DNA of 64,000 nt from Raillietiella orientalis. Lineage: Eukaryota. The first letter of the stretch is position 1. Each line of letters begins with the position of its first letter. Below the pieces are notes generated by a model. It had not been told where the DNA came from and searched no databases. It worked only from the letters and a program-made list of their open reading frames with translations. Made by a program: the position numbers and the translations under genes. The stretch is taken from positions 2,418,001-2,482,000 of the forward strand of contig JAYWIR010000030.1 in the NCBI GenBank assembly GCA_036172245.1, read 5' to 3'. This document shows, piece after piece, positions 44,891 to 57,790 of the stretch.

Positions 44891-46359
44891 CAGAAAAGTT
44901 GGAAGGAAAGGAGCTAAAGCAGAAGAGCCCAGAAGGGGACTCCACCAAGAAGGTGGACCGTAGATGAAGGTGGCCAAGGATGCGGAGATCTCAGTCTCCC
45001 TTCTTCTGTGCGATCCTCTTGGTTCGCTCAGCAGGCAGAGCTGGAAGAACGCGCGCTCGTGTAAGCATCGCCGGAAGAGCTGTCGCAGAACGATGAGGGG
45101 GTCGCCATCGCCCCCGCTCGAGCACCTCGAATTCCAGTGCTTGAGAGCCAACGAAGCCAGCAGAGAGAGACCCATGGCGAAACCCCACAGTTCCTCTGTG
45201 GACTCATCCGCTCTCCCGGAAGGGTAGTCCGGGGAAACGCCTCTGGAAGCTCTTCCCAATTGAGGTCCTCGAGCAGCCCTTCAGAACTCCCCTTGTATTC
45301 CCTGTTTCCCAAGGGCCGAACATCCCGCAGGTGAGCAGCCGCATTGATGCAGGGGGTTCCGGGTCCCCCTTCCCCCTCTCGTGTCCCTCCCTAGCAGCTG
45401 TGGGGACATCACGGGTCTTGCGAGCATCCAGACCGTCGCGAGAAAAAAGTACTTCTGGACTCTCCGTCGTACTTGGCACCCCCGTCCGCAAGATGTGGGT
45501 CCCGAGTCGCCTGGTAAGCCGAGGATTGACATGCAGGCGTCAACACCTCCGAAGGCCGTGGCGCGGAGTCTCGGAAGGAGGGGTGTCCTAATCGCGGCGC
45601 ACTTGGGAACCCCCGCTTCTCCCGGTCGGTTCCTCTCCCCCCTCCCCTCCTTCCCGTGCCCGTTTTCCTCGGCTGCTGACGACGTGCGGTGGCAGGAGAC
45701 GCTTCAGGCCATTCCTGTTGGGCCAGCGACCCACAGCTCGCCTCAAGCACAGGCAGACCTCCAGCAGATGCTGCCGGGAGTCTCCTGACCGGAGACACTC
45801 CGCGCGCCTATTTGCTCGCGAGGCTGCCGGACCCAACACCCCCTTCCTTCGTTTTAAATAGAAGGATCGGAAGTGAGGTTTTGCTGTTTCCACCCGAGGG
45901 ACGCAGCATCTGAGAGAGAGCGCTCCATGTCGGTTCATCTTCGGTATACAGGAATGACCGTCCGCTTGCAGCAGCTCGCCGTTCGCTCTCGATCCTGCAC
46001 CACTTCCTTCTCTCTGCGTCGCTGCCGAGCCCAAGAGGAGTTTCAATGGGACCGTCGCGCCTCGTTGGCAAGTACGCGCACCCCACTTCTCACTTCGAGG
46101 CGCGAGACAGCGGCGAGCAGGGGCAGAGATGCCCTGGAAAGGAACCCAGAAGCGGTCGCTTCCTCCCCTCGTCCTTTGCGCCTTCCGGGTTTGGCGGGGA
46201 GGGAGTCCCTTCGGACCCCCCTCCGTTGTGCGCCGAGCCCACAGCTCGAGTCAAGGCGCGTGGCTCGGGAAGACCACAACTGCGATGGGGTGGCCTTTGA
46301 GAGCGACCGTTACGGAACAAAGAGGGAGGAGCCTCTGCGAAGATTCCAGCATAGCGAGA

Positions 46360-46870
46360 TCGCGTCTCTTCAAGTTGGGGGTACCCCGGGAGAGGACCAC
46401 CCTACGAATCCAGGAGGGGCTCCGGAGGAAATAGTTCGTTCCTCTTACTCCTGAGAGGAAACCCCGAAGGCGAACCACCCCTTCCTTGTTCTCTCCGGAG
46501 GGACCCCTCGAAGGAGACCATTCCTCATTTTTTCTGAAAAAGAGCTTTTCGAAGGGGTTGTTTGACACTCTGGAGGGCATCAACCAGTTTCATGATACTG
46601 CCCCATCTTCGCAACCGGAGGGGAACTCGGAAGGACTCCTTGCTTCCTGAAAGAACCCCTGAGGGTCGACTCCCAATTCCGGAGGCCGGTCATCAGTGGT
46701 ATCCGGATTTGATTAGTGGACCATCTTGCGGAGGGAAATCGGAGCCAATGAAGCACCCCATTTTCTTGGAATCGATCCCTCACGTGGGAATTCGAACCCG
46801 CGGCGTTCGGTACAAAGCGCGGAGACAGCAGACGCACGGCCGCCGACCGCGGACATCTCTCGTCTGTTAG
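46360..46870 (+). repeat. Pro/Gly/Glu-rich repeat family, copy 3 (inverted relative to copy 2)
   Basis: GAAGGGGTTGTTTGACACTCTGGAGGGCATCAACCAGTTTCATGATACTGCCCCATCTTCGCAACCGGAG is nearly the reverse complement of about 44537-44606. Confidence 0.92.
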
Positions 46871-47819
46871 GGCGGAAAAGTAGGCATACGATGAGACTCC
46901 ATCATGGATTTCCCAGACTGGGGAGCCACGCAGCAGCAACTGGGCTGGAGGCGAACTTTCGGTCTCCGGGAACACAGCGTAGAAATCAAACCCGTAACCT
47001 ACTCTGGGGTGATTCCAGATGGGATTCACTCCAGCACGGGAAGAGACGATGGGGTGTGCAGCTAGAGACAGATTCGCGGAACCTCTTCCGGAAGGTCTCC
47101 AGCGCAATGGACCATCGCAGAGGCTCTCTTCGCCGAAGAGTTGCTGAGGCGCCCAGCAGGTGTCCTTCGGCGACACATTGGGTGCTTGAAGACAGAGGCA
47201 GGAGAACGGAAATGGCAGGAAACATTCCGCTGGACCATTTTCGGATGAACTCGCCTTCCTCAGCATCGCGAAGCTCAGGGCTGCCTCTCTGCGCTTCCTA
47301 GTGTTCCCGAAACCACCACGACGATGGTTGCGTCCATAAGAATCGAGAGAAGAGTCCGTCTTGCAGGGCTATCGCGGGAATCGTGGGCTGTGCCCAGCGT
47401 CTCTCGCGTGCGGGTGCGACCCGGCGCCACTGCAGCCCCACCGTAAGTGCAGACGAAGGCGTCGATCCCGAGACGCGAACGCGCCAGGAAGGCGGGAATG
47501 CGGCTGAGACTCCGGTGGGAGCACAGATCAGAACGGGACGGTCGTTGGTTCGACCTGACCTCAGAAAGGAAGGCGCTGCTGCCGCCATCGACTCGGCGAA
47601 AAAAGTAGCCATGAAAGCCCGCGGTGGCATTTCAGCATCCACGCCACCACAGAAAGAGACCACCACTGGTGATTGCCTACGTTCTCGCGGGGGGAAAAAA
47701 AGGGAGAAAGAAACGAAGGAAGGGAAGGAAAAAAGCTTCCCATCACGTGCCACATCATTTATCAAAAAAGGATGCTGCAAACGCGGACGGTTGCTGCCCA
47801 AATAAAGATTACGGCTTTA

Positions 47820-49520
47820 ATACTTCGATTACGCAGGGAACATCGTATTGCGCGCTTTTCCTCGGGGGAAATCCTTGCTCCAGATAGAAGCAGATGCAGC
47901 AGTTGATGTATTATCGACGGAATGATATTTTATAATAATCGATTATTCGACTTAATGAATAACTGATTATGACAGATCCCGGACCGGTGCTCCAGACCGG
48001 GTAGCTCATCAGCTTCGGGTCCCGCGGCAAGTGTGCAGCGGGGCGGCTGGCTTCCCCTCCTCCTCCTCCCTTTCCTCCACGTCTGTTTCCATCTCGCGGA
48101 GTGGTAGGGGAAACCGCGCGGCGCCCGTCCGCTCTCCTGGCACCCCTCCGATTTTCGGGAACCCCCGACGTGTTTATGGAGCGCGACCGAGGCAGTACGG
48201 AAGTGCCTGTCTCCGCTGCTTTCAGACGCTGATTATTTAGGATTAGCAGTCTTCCCGACAAAGGGCAACCCCGGGTTCCGATCCGGATGCGTGCAGGCAT
48301 GGGGAGGAAGAACGCAAGGAGAGGCAGCGTTCCCTGACAGCGTCCCCTGTTCCCGTAGGTAACAGGGGCACCGTCCCGTCGAGGCATCGACATCGACGGG
48401 CTTGCTCCTGATGCCAAGTTCAAGGTCACGAGCGGCAGATGCACCGTTTCGTGACACAGCAAAGCACCGAAGAGGAGGTGCTGAAGGAGGCTGCAGCACC
48501 AAGTTGTGTGCCGGGGAAAGGGAAACGGGAGCGCGTCTCGAGATTCGCATGCCTCCACAAGCTAAATCGATCCATATTCCGGTGCAGCGAAGGAAAATTC
48601 TTTCCTGAGAAAATGAAGATGAGAAGCAAGCACCTCCCTATTCTCCTTGAGAAAGCCAACGCGTCCAGGCGCGGTTTTCAGAACCGCTCTCTTGAAGGGC
48701 ACCAGAAAGGAAATTCTTTCACGGTCGAAATGAAACACCGTGTACTCCCCTGCACTGAGCGCGCGCCGCCATCTTGTCCTTCCGTTTGCTTCTTCTTCGG
48801 ACGTGGGACAGCATGCACCGCAGTACACCTCCACATCCTTTCACCGGCTTTCCGGCTTTCGTCGACCAAAAGAATCAGGCAGAAAACCCAGTCCGTAACG
48901 TCAACCTGGACAAATACAGATAATCCTTTATCTTGAGGGTCACCTGATAAACTAAGATTGGTCCGTTTCATGAGGCAGCACAGCAGAAGCAGTACAAGCA
49001 CCATTCGCTCCGTCAGCTGCCACCGGTCCGCCATTCTTAGCAGCGCGGTGAGATCAAGCTGAATCTGTATTTCGGTGCTTGGATCAGTAAGTGATGATTC
49101 AGGATTGCCAAGTGTGCCTTTGCGAAAATCGCTCCTTCCACGCCTCGAAACATTTCGCTCCTTGCCTGTCAGACGTGGACCGCAGGCCGCTTCGGGGCTT
49201 CCGGGTGTGCTGTCTAAATCCATGCACCCGCAGTGTCCAGTTCCATCCATCCCTCCCGAGTTTTCGAGGTTCGATAGGTCTTCCTTGTCATCTTCTTCGC
49301 GCCTGCACTCGTGAAGATTAAGGACGATGACAGTGTTCGTGTTGCCGATGCTGTATCGCTGCGTCGGCCCGACAGCATCAGCAGTGATGTCATCGTACGT
49401 TACGTTGACGATTTCAAGGGGAGCACAAAAAAGCAAATAAACGTTGTACTGTGTACTCTTGTGAAATGGACGCGGCGTGTACTCATCAACAAGATTGCGC
49501 GAATCGGGCAAAAAGGATAA
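47820..49520 (+). pseudogene. Decayed AAA-ATPase-like paralogue M
   Basis: IIDYST, VLQTG*LISFGS (~47990), then in one frame (ORF 48439-48936) KHLPILLEKANAS, PCTERAPPSCPSV, HILSPAFRLS and STWTNT. These resemble VLIDEYDAP, YLERALLTGVS, HPFS.YYG.T and EWYNG with plausible spacing. Confidence 0.45.
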
Positions 49521-50149
49521 TTTTTCGTGAAAATCGACTTCGTGTACTCAGGTCTGTACGCTTGGAAAACTGCAAAAAAACAACACGCACATCGGAATGT
49601 GCCTTAGTGTATGCGTTGGGTGGTTGATATGCATGTAGTTTGATGCAAGTGGTTCATAGATATGCGCTCGTAGTTGTGAAAACATCTACCATCACAGATG
49701 CCAAGCAGGCTTACTCAGCACATGCGTGCATGTGTGCACATGTGTGCTTCTACTGTCTGTTTGGTTCAATAATGTTGATGCTTATAGATTCTTAACTATC
49801 TACAAGGAATAGGTACGTGCTGACAATACTTTAGCATCCTCTATTACCCGCTAACGCTCATTTGTATTCCTTGGGCAAGTGTATACAGCTGTATATACAT
49901 GTGAGCATTCATAGTATCTTGAATAACTCCGGTAGCAATCCTATGTGGGCACGGATTTATGCAGTCTCAACGAAAGTATGGGGGGGACACGGGGGATGCG
50001 CATCTGCGTTATACGAGGCTTATGGGTTACATGTTCATAGAATTTATAAAATACGAGTTAAGCAGTAAACTGTATTCATTTCACTCCAAAACGAAAAGAA
50101 AAAATCGAAAGTGCTCATTGATTCTGTCAATTGAAGTGGAAAAAAAAAA

Positions 50150-51600
50150 AAACTCTTAGGGTTATGTTGAATTAAGTTGAAAGAGCTCTGCTCATTTTTG
50201 AGAACTGCATCCTCTTGCGCTGCTTTACTCAGGGAAGCGTAGACAATACGGCAAGCATTCAACCCCCACTTGACCCATGCGTGCTTCTTCGTCTTCTTAA
50301 AAGCAGCCGCGCTGACTCTGCACCACAAAATTGAAACTTATCTGCAGCATCATGAGGAAACTGATTTACCACGTTATACGAAGACTGCCGCCATTTTAAA
50401 ACCAAGGAGAAGAGCTGGAATTTGCTACTCTGTCGACGCCGTTCGCTTTTGCGTCTGCGCCCCAAGAAGGACCGCCTGCCTCGATTGCAAGGCTGCCGTT
50501 TGATGCATCCGGGGATCTCGCACCAGGGCCCCGTCCCCGGTTCGCGCTTCGGGAGAGAGGGCAGGAACACCCATACTTCACTTCCCGGAAGCGGATCCTC
50601 CCCTCGCGACCCTCTGGGTGGCGCTCACGAAAGTCCTCGGGATGCGTGTCGCACGGTGCGCGCCTGCCGCGGGCACCGCCGGGTGGCCGAGGTCCCTCGT
50701 GGACGAAGGCGAGAGCACCAGTCTCTGTCTCCTGCCGCGCGTAGGGGGTCGCATCCCGCGCGGGAAAAAAATGGGGAGCGAGGATCCCGCCACGACGTGC
50801 ACCGCGGCCGAGTCCGCGGAGGCAGCCTCCTGGCGCTCTCAGCACCGAGTCGCCTTTCCCGCCCCCAGGTGTTGTGCCAGCCGGAAAAGCTGTCAGGACT
50901 CGCAGGTCGCGACGGGAGCTCCGCTAGCAGCCCGCGAGGCATGAGTTTCCGTCGTCCCTTAGGCGGCGGCTCTCTCCAAGGGGCTGACCGCATGCGCGGA
51001 GACTGGCAGCGTCCCTTTGGCTGAGCACCGCTCTGAACTCCAGAGCCGCGAACATGACCTACCCACGGGCAGAGAGCGATGCCGGGGGCCTTGTGGACAC
51101 GTGGGGGGCGCTGCCGCGACCTGTTCCGTCATGGCGCCGCCCTTTCTCCCCAGGAAGTCAGGCCGCAGGTAGGAACGCTGCGGGAACCGGCTGCTAGGCA
51201 ACAGTCGGAGCTCCGGGAGGGACCCTGTGAGGCGAACCTGCGGTGCGAACCGGGGGACCTTCTCAGGGAAGCAGTCCAATGGAAAGGGACCTCCCGAAAA
51301 TGTTCCGTATGGCTTCCCCCTCCCTCCCTCGCGCCGCAGCGCCACTTTCCCGCGACCTCGAGAGCCCGGAGGGCTGCAGCCTTGTCCCTGCAACCGGAGC
51401 CGCGGCGGCGACGTGCCAGGACCTCCCGCGACTGAGCGACTGATTGTCTTTCCAGCGCCCTCCCCCATGCTGGATGGCAGCATGCACCACTTGTTCCTTA
51501 GAGAGCAGAGCATGGGGAGGATCAACGATGACGAGGGCTCTGTATGACTGCCCCAACCTTCACCGCCCCCTCGGGGCGGACCCCGGGAGCGAACGCCCCC
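50150..51600 (+). pseudogene. Probable decayed AAA-ATPase-like paralogue Q
   Basis: SVDNTASIQPPL (~50240; resembles YVDKT..I..LL) and PRSLVDEGES (ORF 50618-50944; resembles VLVDEYDS). Confidence 0.3.
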
Positions 51601-53466
51601 GGCTTCTCGTGAACTCTGAACGGACTACGTGCGCATGTGTTCTCAAGCAGACTGTAACCAGTGCCGCCCGGGCAGCCCGCAGGGGCTCCGGAGAGAGGAC
51701 CACCCGCTTCCGCACCCTCCATCCCAAGAAGAAGAAGACGCCGCCTATTTTTCTACGATTCGGCCGGAGCGGGATGCGGAGGGAACGCCCTCGCGCAGCC
51801 GGGTGCAGCGCCACGCGACCCCGCCGCAGGCCCCACTGATACTGCCAAACGAAAGAATAAAAAAGGAAAAGCTCCGTTCGACTGACCTCCCTCCACCACG
51901 GGCCGCCACGGAGCGCGCGCTCGCCTCCATGCAGCCCGCGCGGCGATTCGGCTGAGGGCAGGGTTTTTCGTGCTCGTGCACCCCCCTCCCTCCTCTCCTC
52001 TTCCCAGCATGGAGTACGTCATCGCCACTCCGACGCCATCCTCCCTGTCCCCAGCCCGCGCTTTCGCCGCCAGTGCGGTCCCCTGAAGGCTCCTCCCCCT
52101 CGCCTGCCCGCGGGAGAAGAGGCAGGGACTCATCTGCGGGCGCAGTTTCTCCTGTTGTCTTGACGGGGGTGGCTTCCCTGGCTCCCGCGGAAGAGCCTTC
52201 CCGCAATGGTCCTTCGTCATACCACCCGTGCTGCCGCCCGGGGAGGTCACATGGCAGCCGTCACGCTAGTCCGGTGTCTCTATGCCGTTTGGCGAGAGCC
52301 CGCGTCAGCATGCTCGCTATCGGCGGTGCATCGGCGGCCCAGCATCCTAGCCTCTGACCTCGCCAGTAGGGGGTGCACGAGGCAGGGTTGGCGCGCGCAG
52401 CGCGAGCTGCTCGCCGCTCCTCCGCTGGAGGGCGGTGCTACTGGTCCATCCTCTCCTCCTCCTCCGCACCCTCGCTCGGATGCCTCCTCGCCTTTTAGAG
52501 GCTCCTGCCCGTCTCCTGTGCGGAGCATTAGGTGACCACGTAGAGGCCACGTGGCCTGCCGCCGCCGCACGGATCACCCGCACCCTCCAATGCGTCCTGC
52601 CCGCAATTGTCCCGAACTCCGCCTCCTTGCCAGGGGGTGGACGGCCGTCACGCACCACCACCAGCGTGGACGAGGGGGACTGACCTCTCCGACTCTAGCC
52701 CGCGCCCTCTCCAGCGACGTCGAGGCGCAGGTTGCGTGGCGCCAGCAGTCGCCCACCCGGTGCCCCCTCTGGGAACCATCCGACCGAGCCTCGATTGGTC
52801 CTCCTTGTGAATATCCCTCCCTGGGCGCTTCTGCCGTCACAACCTCCGGGCACGTTCCGCACTGGCGCCCGTGCGAGCCTTTCCGGGAATGGGTGCGCGC
52901 ACGTGAACGGAAACGCGGGACGGAACCGGGAACGCAGGATGCTCTTCCCCTCTTCCCTTTCACCCGCTTCCGGCCTCTCCTGTTAGCTCAAGTTGGGAAA
53001 CCAACGGTGCGCGGCCGCCCCGGGATGCTTAGAACGCGTCTGGGCAGCGATTCTTCCCGACCAACGCCGCTCAACCAGCTGCAGGGCGCACCTCGAGGGA
53101 CGCCCCGGCGAGACTACTCCGCCGCCAACCGTGCACCTCTTGCGGGTCGGCACACGAGTCCCAAAGCCTGCGGGCCGCGTGGCTCTTCGCCGTCGCCCTC
53201 TGGTAATCAAGTTGCCTCCTCCCCCTTGCTTCCCATCCCCCGGGTCCCGTTCCGCGGGACCCGGGGACTTGCCCGGATCTTCCCAGACACCCGTGGGCAA
53301 TGAAAGCGCACCGCGGCCACGGGGGATAGGGAAGAAGAAAGAACGCAGGCAAGAGAGGAGGAGGAGGTCACTGTTCTCGTCGGGAGACCGGGACGACACC
53401 CCCCATTCTCTCCTCCCACAGGGCTCGCGACCTAGGGCACGCAGGTCTACTGCAGGCGGTCGTGCC

Positions 53467-55481
53467 TCAGGGCAAAAGGTGTTGCGGCGCCTCGAAGGCG
53501 AGGAAGACGTCCCTGGTGATGAGCTCTGTCGAGGGCATCCTGCGGACCCTCCACACGACGTGGGCGGCGAGGTGTACCACCAGCACGACCGCCGGGCACA
53601 GGCAGAACGCCACGCAGGTCCACCTCCTCCTGCGGCTATACCACTCGACGAAGCCCCGCGGGAGGGAGGCGTTCTTGAGGACCTGGTGGGCGAGCCTGCC
53701 GCCGGAGTCCTCGGGAGCGTCGTCGTAGGCATCCTCGTACTCGTCCTCCGAAGGGCGGGGGAGGTCGCCGATGGAGAGGCGGTCGGCCTTCCAGCAGCCG
53801 CCGTCCACGTCGTCGCACTGGACGAACCTCGTGCAGCTGCTGTGAACGGAGACGCCTCCCATGCGCAACATCTCGTAGACAGCGGACGTCTCCCGCTCGG
53901 AGAGCACCACCAGCCGTGTCCTCGATGAGGGGGGCGGCGCGGCGGGCGAGCAGTCTTCGCCGCCGTCCAAGGCGTGGGCGGACCCCGAGACGAACCCCAC
54001 GACGAAGACCCGGTCCTTCTGCGAGCACATGCAGAAGACGGGCCCCACGTAGTTCCACGTCCTGCAGAGGCGCAGGGCACCGCCACCGCCGGCGGACCGA
54101 TTCCTGAGGGTGGCGGCGTCCGGGGCGACGGACAGCGGGTGGACCGAGTGCCTCGACACGACGAAGCACGTGTCGGTGCACGTGTTCAGCCCGAAAGTAA
54201 AGTCCACGCACGGGATGTACTTCTGGACTCGGCTCTGGATCACGGGATGGAAGAGCTGGACAACAGCGACGTCCTCCATCAGGCAAACCAGCCTGGCCGG
54301 CGCCAGCAGGTCCACCTCGTCGCCGACGCTGTAGCCCACGGCGACCATTGCCATGAAGTAGCTGTCCAACTCCCCGACTAGGGCGTGGTCCTCGAAGCAT
54401 CGGGAGTAGGTCAGCACGTGCATCTCGGTCAGGATGACCCCCGGGCACTCGACGCGCCTCTCGACGACCGCGCTCTGCTCGTACTCCTGCAGGTATAGGA
54501 AGAGGCGCACCACCAGGAGGTCGTGGGAGACGCGAGCTCGCTCAAGTGGGTCGCAGGACTCCCGGATCTGGAAGACGCCCAGGAGCTCCTCGGGTCCCCG
54601 AAAGGAGGAGCGCGGCGCCTCGTTCCAGTGATGGAAGGACGCCGCGCGCTCGGGGAAGGTGGGTGGCTCCACTTGCAGGCGCTCCACGCGCCCGCGGTAC
54701 AGGAGCTCCGCGGCGCACTCGTCCAGCTTCCCGCGCGCGACCCGTCTAATCCAGTCCTCCTGCCACAGGAGCGCGACGACGCAGCACGGCGTCGAGTTCC
54801 CAGCGCCCGCCGCCGCCACGACCCCCAGGAGGTGCGCCGGACCTCCTCCTCCCGGGGCGGTGGTGAACAGGGGTGTTCCCGCCGGCTGCTGGGAACACGT
54901 GCCCGGGTGGAGGCCCCGCAGGCAGAGGCACCTGTCCCAGTGGCGGGAGGGGAGCGAGGCGGCAGCGCCGGCGGGTGTGCACGCGCCGGACCGGTCCACG
55001 GACAGCCTGAGGGTCTCCGGGGGCAAGGACGCCTCCAAGTGGCCGCTCCCCGTGGCACGAAGCCGAGGGAACCCCGCCGGCTCACCGAAGAAATTCGCGG
55101 CAATCTCGTTCCCCACGAGGCACACGGGCGACATCTTTCTGGTGAGCGCACCTCTTACCCTCAGCAGGACGACCTTCCCCCGCACGCAGGCGAGGTCGAC
55201 CGCGTAGCGCCTCCTGGCAACGACGTCGGTCGCGACGGCGATCTGCAGTTCCGAGCTCCGCATCGCGGACAGGCAGATGGAGGCGGTGATCACCCAGCGC
55301 CGGAGGACCATGGTCCCGATGCAGGAGATCGTTTCCGGCAGGCTACCGACGCCCGTCACGGTGACGTTCACGATGCTGGCGGCAGGGGTCATCCCCCCAC
55401 AGGAGTTGCCGTGGTGAGCAGCAGTCTTCTGCGCCGAGGTCCTGGCGCAGAGATCCGACGCGAGGCCCAGCAGCAGGCAAC
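53467..55481 (-). CDS. Membrane-anchored tandem trypsin-like serine protease homolog (two non-catalytic S1 domains plus C-terminal TM), main exon
   Basis: 641-aa ORF with strong GC3 bias, extendable in frame to a TTCCAG acceptor at 55482 (adds CLLLGLASDLCA..NSCGG). Domain 1: CIGTMVLRRWVITASICL, KVVLLRV..SPVCL, TCSQQPAGTPL, HLLGVV, EDWIRRV. Domain 2: CPGVILTEMHVLTYSRCF, EDVAVVQL..IPCV, VGPVFC, FVVGFVS. Hydrophobic segment WTCVAFCLCPAVVLVVHLAAHVVW is followed by RVRR. Confidence 0.85.
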
Positions 55482-55972
55482 CTGGAATTTCCCAAACTGA
55501 AACGTTAGGCGACTCACCGCCACGGTCGCGTGCCCTTGACCCCCAGAAAGAGCGCCGGGGGTCAGGGGAGCGCGGACGTGCTGTTGGTTCGCGGCCGGCA
55601 AGAAGCGGGGTCGTCGCGCTTGCGAGAGGCGGCGATGGAGAAGGGGTGATCTCGCGAGGTCAGCGTGTTGGTGGCTCGAGAGGCGACGGTGAGTGTTGCT
55701 CCCGTGGCAGCCGCCTACAGAGATTGGTTGGGACGATCGCAGAGTAAGAGGAGAGCGGACAGAGCGTTAGGGAACAGCGTGGAAGACTTTAAAAGGGATG
55801 GTCGAGGATACGCCTATCTTCATCGACCCCAGGACTGCTCGGGGAACCATTTAGTAACAAACGCAGCCCCACGTCTTCTTCACCGTATCTGAGGAAAAAT
55901 TGGACGTGGGGGACGGGTTCATGAGCGACAGAGAGAGAAGAGGATGATGGAACGCTTCGGTGTGGTCCTCAC

Positions 55973-56003
55973 CGGTCTTCTGCCAACCGGTCAGCGCTTC
56001 CAT
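55973..56003 (-). CDS. Candidate first exon of the protease homolog (MEALTGWQKT-G)
   Basis: ATG with A at -3 and G at +4. G|GTGAGG donor in phase 1 matches the acceptor at 55482 and gives 681 aa. Tentative. Confidence 0.35.
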
Positions 56004-56944
56004 GCTTTCGTCGCGCTCGCCCAGCGTCCTTCAACTTGCTTGCACCCGCCTAACGGATCGCCGGCGACCGTTACCGGAAACGTCCAGTGGTAGGCACGAA
56101 ACCAGTGGCGTCTCCGTGGTGACGCGGGTGATTTGGATGCGCGGAGCAGTCCCGGATTTTTTCCAGACCTTACACTCTGCTTGCCCGCGGGCGCGTCGTC
56201 CGGAGCCTGCGAACGAGAGCAGGGTGGTCCATCAAAAAACACCGCGCCAGGGGGTTGCGTTGCGAGAGACAGAGCAAGGAAACGCAGCCGTCCGATTCTA
56301 AATGCCCAGAGCAGAAAGCCGTTCATGCGCAGCTTCCCTCCTGGAGCCCTCGGGTTCGCACAGACTCTCTCTGCTTTCGCAGTTCCGGAGCGGTGTGCCC
56401 TCTGGAGCCATCATCGAGCGGCCTTGCCTCTGAGTTTCCAGGCTGCTCTTGACATCACTGCGGATCCAAGAATCGCATATTCCGTGGGCCCCTTGCCCAC
56501 GAAACCATCTCGAGGCAGGGTGGACCAAAAGCATGAGGATGCAGGTAGACGATTAGCGGGAGGCGCAGGCGCCCAGCGCGCAGCTCGGATCGCGGAAGCG
56601 CCCGCGACGGCCGAACGCGAGCGCGCAGCGTGGCTCGACGGGAAACCGGGAACCACTCGAGTGCGGCAGCGGCGGAGGGAAACCGGAAAGCTCGAAACCG
56701 AAGCGGGCCGCTCCTGGACCCTCCAGGATTCCGGACGCGGCTCACGGGAGTGGCGTTTCCGTTCGGGAGAGCTCCGAGATGCGCGCGCTTTCGCCGTGCC
56801 TGGGAAGCGCTGGGAAGCCGCTGCAGGATTTTCGAAGCCGAGTTGGAAGACGCCTCCATAAGCTCCCTGCACGAGCCGGGAGCGACGGTTCGACTGCTGC
56901 CATCTTTCCGGCCGTTTGTCCCTCACTCGACCTTCATTTTTTGT

Positions 56945-57790
56945 TTTTTTGGTTCTCAAGGGGTGCTGAAGAGCCGTTCGCCTCCTTAGGGGGGAACTCA
57001 AGAAGCTCTTCGCCACTGCCCCGAGGGTGCGTGTAACTCTTCAAGTTATGGGGGATAAACCGGAAGGGGACCATCCTATGGATCCAGGAAGGCTCCGGAG
57101 GAAGGATCCCGCTCCTCCTACGCTCGGGAGGTGAACCCCGAAGGGAACACACCCTCGCCCTGGTTGTCTCCCAAGGGAACCCCAAAGTGAAACCACCTCT
57201 TCCTCATTCTCTCTAGAAGGATCCACCGGAAAGAATCCACTCCTTGTTTTCTCTCCTGAAGAGATTCCCGAAGGGATGCTTCCCAATTTCTTCTTTCACT
57301 CTGGGGAGACAGCCACCGAGGTGGGTATCAACCAGCTTCACAAACGACTCCATTTTCTCACCCGGGTGGATTTCGACTTCAAGATAGGGGGCACCCTGGT
57401 GAGGGGACCACCCTCTGGAATCCAAGAAAGGCTCGGAGTCCGTTCCTCTCACGTCTGGGGAATGATCCCTGGAAATGGAGATCACCTCCACCCTGGTTGT
57501 CTCCGAAAGTAACACCGAAATGACCACCTCTTCCCTATTCTTTCCGGAGAGTCCGCTCCATTTTTCTTGTCTGAAGGGAACCTGGAAAGGATCCGCTATG
57601 AGGAATTTCTTCTCCGGAGAGAACACACGAGGGAACCGCTCCCTGTCTCCTCCTCTGAAGAGAACTCCGAAAGGAACGAGTGACTCCTCGATTCCGCCTG
57701 GAATGATTCCGGAGGGTCCAACTCCCGATTCCGACCAGTCCACGGGGCATCCTGTTTCCGATTTCCACCAGTGCCGCATTCGATTTCGTT
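56945..57790 (+). repeat. Pro/Gly/Glu-rich repeat family, copy 4, with internal degenerate ~43-nt units
   Basis: Aligns to the reverse complement of 44700-44890 and to 46360-46520. Internal duplication 57153-57218 vs 57485-57550. Confidence 0.85.

Noticed and set aside
48678..49511. 277-aa minus-strand ORF with RHIM-like YSIGNTNTV
   Set aside because: Core Q is absent, no other domain is recognisable, and it is antisense to a plus-strand relic.
49311..49520. IVRYVDDF resembling a reverse transcriptase YxDD motif
   Set aside because: No upstream QG/motif B or downstream LG motif, and it lies within an apparent ATPase relic. Probably chance.
52983..55500. ORFs 52983-54086, 52993-53928, 53636-54448 and 54523-55500
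   Set aside because: Alternate-frame or antisense shadows of the GC3-rich protease-homolog exon.
55770..56900. A further plus-strand ATPase relic (VEDF, VEDTPIFI, TQPHVF)
   Set aside because: Only the N-terminal motifs are faintly visible and it overlaps the candidate protease first exon. Too weak to call.
57020..57700. Regularly spaced ~43-nt units as a CRISPR-like array
   Set aside because: Units are degenerate tandem repeats with no constant repeat and unique spacer structure; eukaryotic context and no cas genes.
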